A stretch of DNA of 63,797 nt, the filler included, from Squatina squatina (lineage: Eukaryota), in the NCBI GenBank assembly GCA_031763465.1. It is 4 parts of 4 records of this genome, joined end to end, with 100 filler letters (N's around TTAATTAATTAA, not from the genome) between each part and the next. Parts side by side here need not be neighbours in the genome. Positions count along the whole stretch, not along the records: positions 51,158 to 63,797 come from JARFOE010000192.1; 3 more parts are not named here. One strand, written 5' to 3'. A program made the position numbers and the translations under genes. The notes under the pieces were generated by a model. That model saw only the letters and a program-made list of their open reading frames with translations. It was not told the origin of the DNA and ran no database searches. How positions within the stretch are numbered: the stretch's first letter is position 1; every line of letters starts with the position of its first letter. Positions 61,600 to 63,797 of this stretch are shown here, one piece after another.

Positions 61600-61965
61600 A
61601 AATACAAATCATTGGTCAGGCTGTAGTTGGAATATTGCATCGAGTTTTGGGCATCCTACTTGGGGAACGATAGCAAGAGGGTATGGGAAAGATTTATTAA
61701 GACGATACCAGAGAAAAGAAACTTCAGCCGTGAAGAGAAACAAGATAAAAGGGGATGCTTTTCACTAGAATGGAAAGGTTAAGAAATATTCAAAAGGCTC
61801 CTAAATACACCAAATTGGGAGGTATAGTTAATACTAAGGAAGACTGTGACAAAATACAAGAAGGCTTTAATAATCGTGCAGAATGGGCATGCATATGGCA
61901 AATTAATTTTGATATAGATAAATGTAGGAGGAATAAGGAGGCCATATACTCCTTGGACAATAAGA
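61600..61965 (+). mobile_element. Degenerate, rearranged CR1 RT fragments
   Basis: TKLGGIVNTKEDCDKIQE..N..AEWACIWQINFDIDKC (post-YADD region), preceded by an LEYCIEFWAS-like C-terminal piece. Confidence 0.7.
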
Positions 61966-63296
61966 GTCTAAGGGCATCCAATTGGCATTTTTATAGTCTG
62001 TGGCTATATGGGGCCAATAGGTGTAAATTTAGTGCCTATTTTGGACCATTATCTTAAGATACAGAATTGGCCTCTTAGAACATTTCTTGGCATCACAAAA
62101 CAAAACCAGACNNNNNNNNNNNNNNNNNNNNNNNNNNNNNNNNNNNNNNNNNNNNNNNNNNNNNNNNNNNNNNNNNNNNNNNNNNNNNNNNNNNNNNNNN
62201 NNNNNNNNNNNAAGGCTAGGAACTTGTTGGGGGGAGCCTGCTCACCAGCACACCTCTGACTTTAGCCAGGAAAGCAAGATGATCGAAGCCTTTGACCTCC
62301 TCATCAATGCTGCGCTGTAATGACACAGTATTCAACTTCATCCTGTGCCAAGACAGAACATCCTGGAAGAAAACTGATAGCATTCACCCAAACGAGAGAG
62401 GTCAGACTGATAGGAATCCACGAGACTCAATCTGTGACCTTCCTGCCCAAATCTCATCAACTCCTGGGCCACCCTTCGTTATTTAAAAAATATTTTTTTC
62501 GCCGACAGAATTGACTTGGGCCCAATCGGCCTCTGCAATAGCAGCCTGACTCGAAGCTTATGCTTGATAAACAAAATGGTTCAGGTGACGTTGCTGGCCT
62601 GGAGATCGGTACATGAATGCTGATTACATTAAATTAAATTAATGGTAATTTAATCATTATTTAGAGCTCATTCATTTTCATTGTTCATGAGCACATGTGC
62701 TGCGATTCCCTTGAGCCAGCGCTTGTTGCCTGCAGGGACATAAAGAAAGCGAGGGCAAGTCTAGAATAATACTAACCTGACGGTGACCCTTTTATTACAG
62801 CTGTCCCACCAAATCAAAACAAAGGATTCTGTTGTCAAAACAAACTAAATTGGTACTAGAACTGAAATGTGAACCTGGGATCAGCGAGCAATGGTGACTT
62901 GACAGAAAGAAACAGCAAGCTTCAGCGCTTAAGAGGCCCGTTCCAGCAGATTCATTATTTCATTTAATATGTACTTATATCTACTGTCAGGCTTTAAAGG
63001 GGAAAAAAAACGCTGACGTTTGTTTCCTGCTTTTGAATTTTTAAAAATTTATTTTCTCGACTTCAATAACATTGAACTTTTTTTGTTGTTGCATGAAATG
63101 GCTCATATTTTCCACACAGAACAATATCTATGCCCACTGGAGGTTAATACTGGAAATCGGGGCAATCCAGAGGCACCTGTCATCATGCCGCTCAGTATCC
63201 CGCTTCTCAAATAGATTAACAGCCATTTCACTCATTTAAGTAGCAGCTGCAGAGTGCGTTTCTGCTGAAAACCTGGCACAGCAGGGCCTGTGAAAA

Positions 63297-63445
63297 GTAA
63301 AAAGCAAAATCCTGCAAGACGCTGGGAATCTGAAACGAAAACAGAAAATGCTGGAAACGCTCAGCAGGTCAGGCGGCATCTTCCGAGAGAACAGACAAGT
63401 TTATATTTCAGGATGTTCATCCAGTTCTGGTTTTGTTTCAGGCTC
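63297..63445. mobile_element. Penelope-like terminal repeat fragment
   Basis: gaatctgaaacgaaaacagaaaatgctggaaacgctcagcaggtcaggcggcatc. Confidence 0.55.
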
Positions 63446-63797
63446 GAAAAAAGGCCCGCTTTACTGGCAGAGCTCCTTCAGAGTTAGTGCCGGAGAGGCA
63501 GGCTGACCTTTCTGCATTCGCCGTATTGCCATCAGAACTTGGCAGGATCGGCCACTAAACACTGCATCCTTGACCCTCTCAACAGCCTTTGGAATACCAC
63601 CAAGCCAACAGTTAGTGTTAAAGCAAATATAAAAGGACTGATACGATTTGGCAGCCCATATATAGTAAGCTGCTTGTAAAATAAGCATGCTGTTGGATCA
63701 CAACATGAGGCACGTACGGTGTAACAGTTTAAGTTGCTGTACTAATGGTCTACAAAGAATGTGCCACATTTATTGGGCGAATCAACCTGACCACCTT

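Overview
Eukaryotic (vertebrate) DNA, most likely a cartilaginous fish (shark), judged from the repeat families (CR1 and L2 LINEs, a DeuSINE/SacSINE1-like SINE, GC-rich Harbinger-like MITEs, Penelope-like termini). It is a very fragmented draft with about 44 N-gaps. Three of them are artificial 44N-TTAATTAATTAA-44N spacers that join four probably unrelated pieces: A 1-13788, B 13889-36089, C 36190-51057, D 51158-63797. Recognisable genes are one CCDC175-like exon (+, piece A), the 5' part of Sox8 exon 3 (-, piece B) and nine exons of usherin USH2A (-, piece C). The USH2A exons are equivalent to human exons 7, 8, 10-14, 17 and 19, covering laminin-N, laminin-EGF and FN3 domains, and one has a non-canonical GC donor. 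Piece D has no identifiable protein. The rest is transposon debris and candidate regulatory DNA. I see no CRISPR array, operon or convincingly new biological system. The apparent Sox8-USH2A neighbourhood is an assembly artefact. Human comparisons and repeat-family names are from recall, not from a search.
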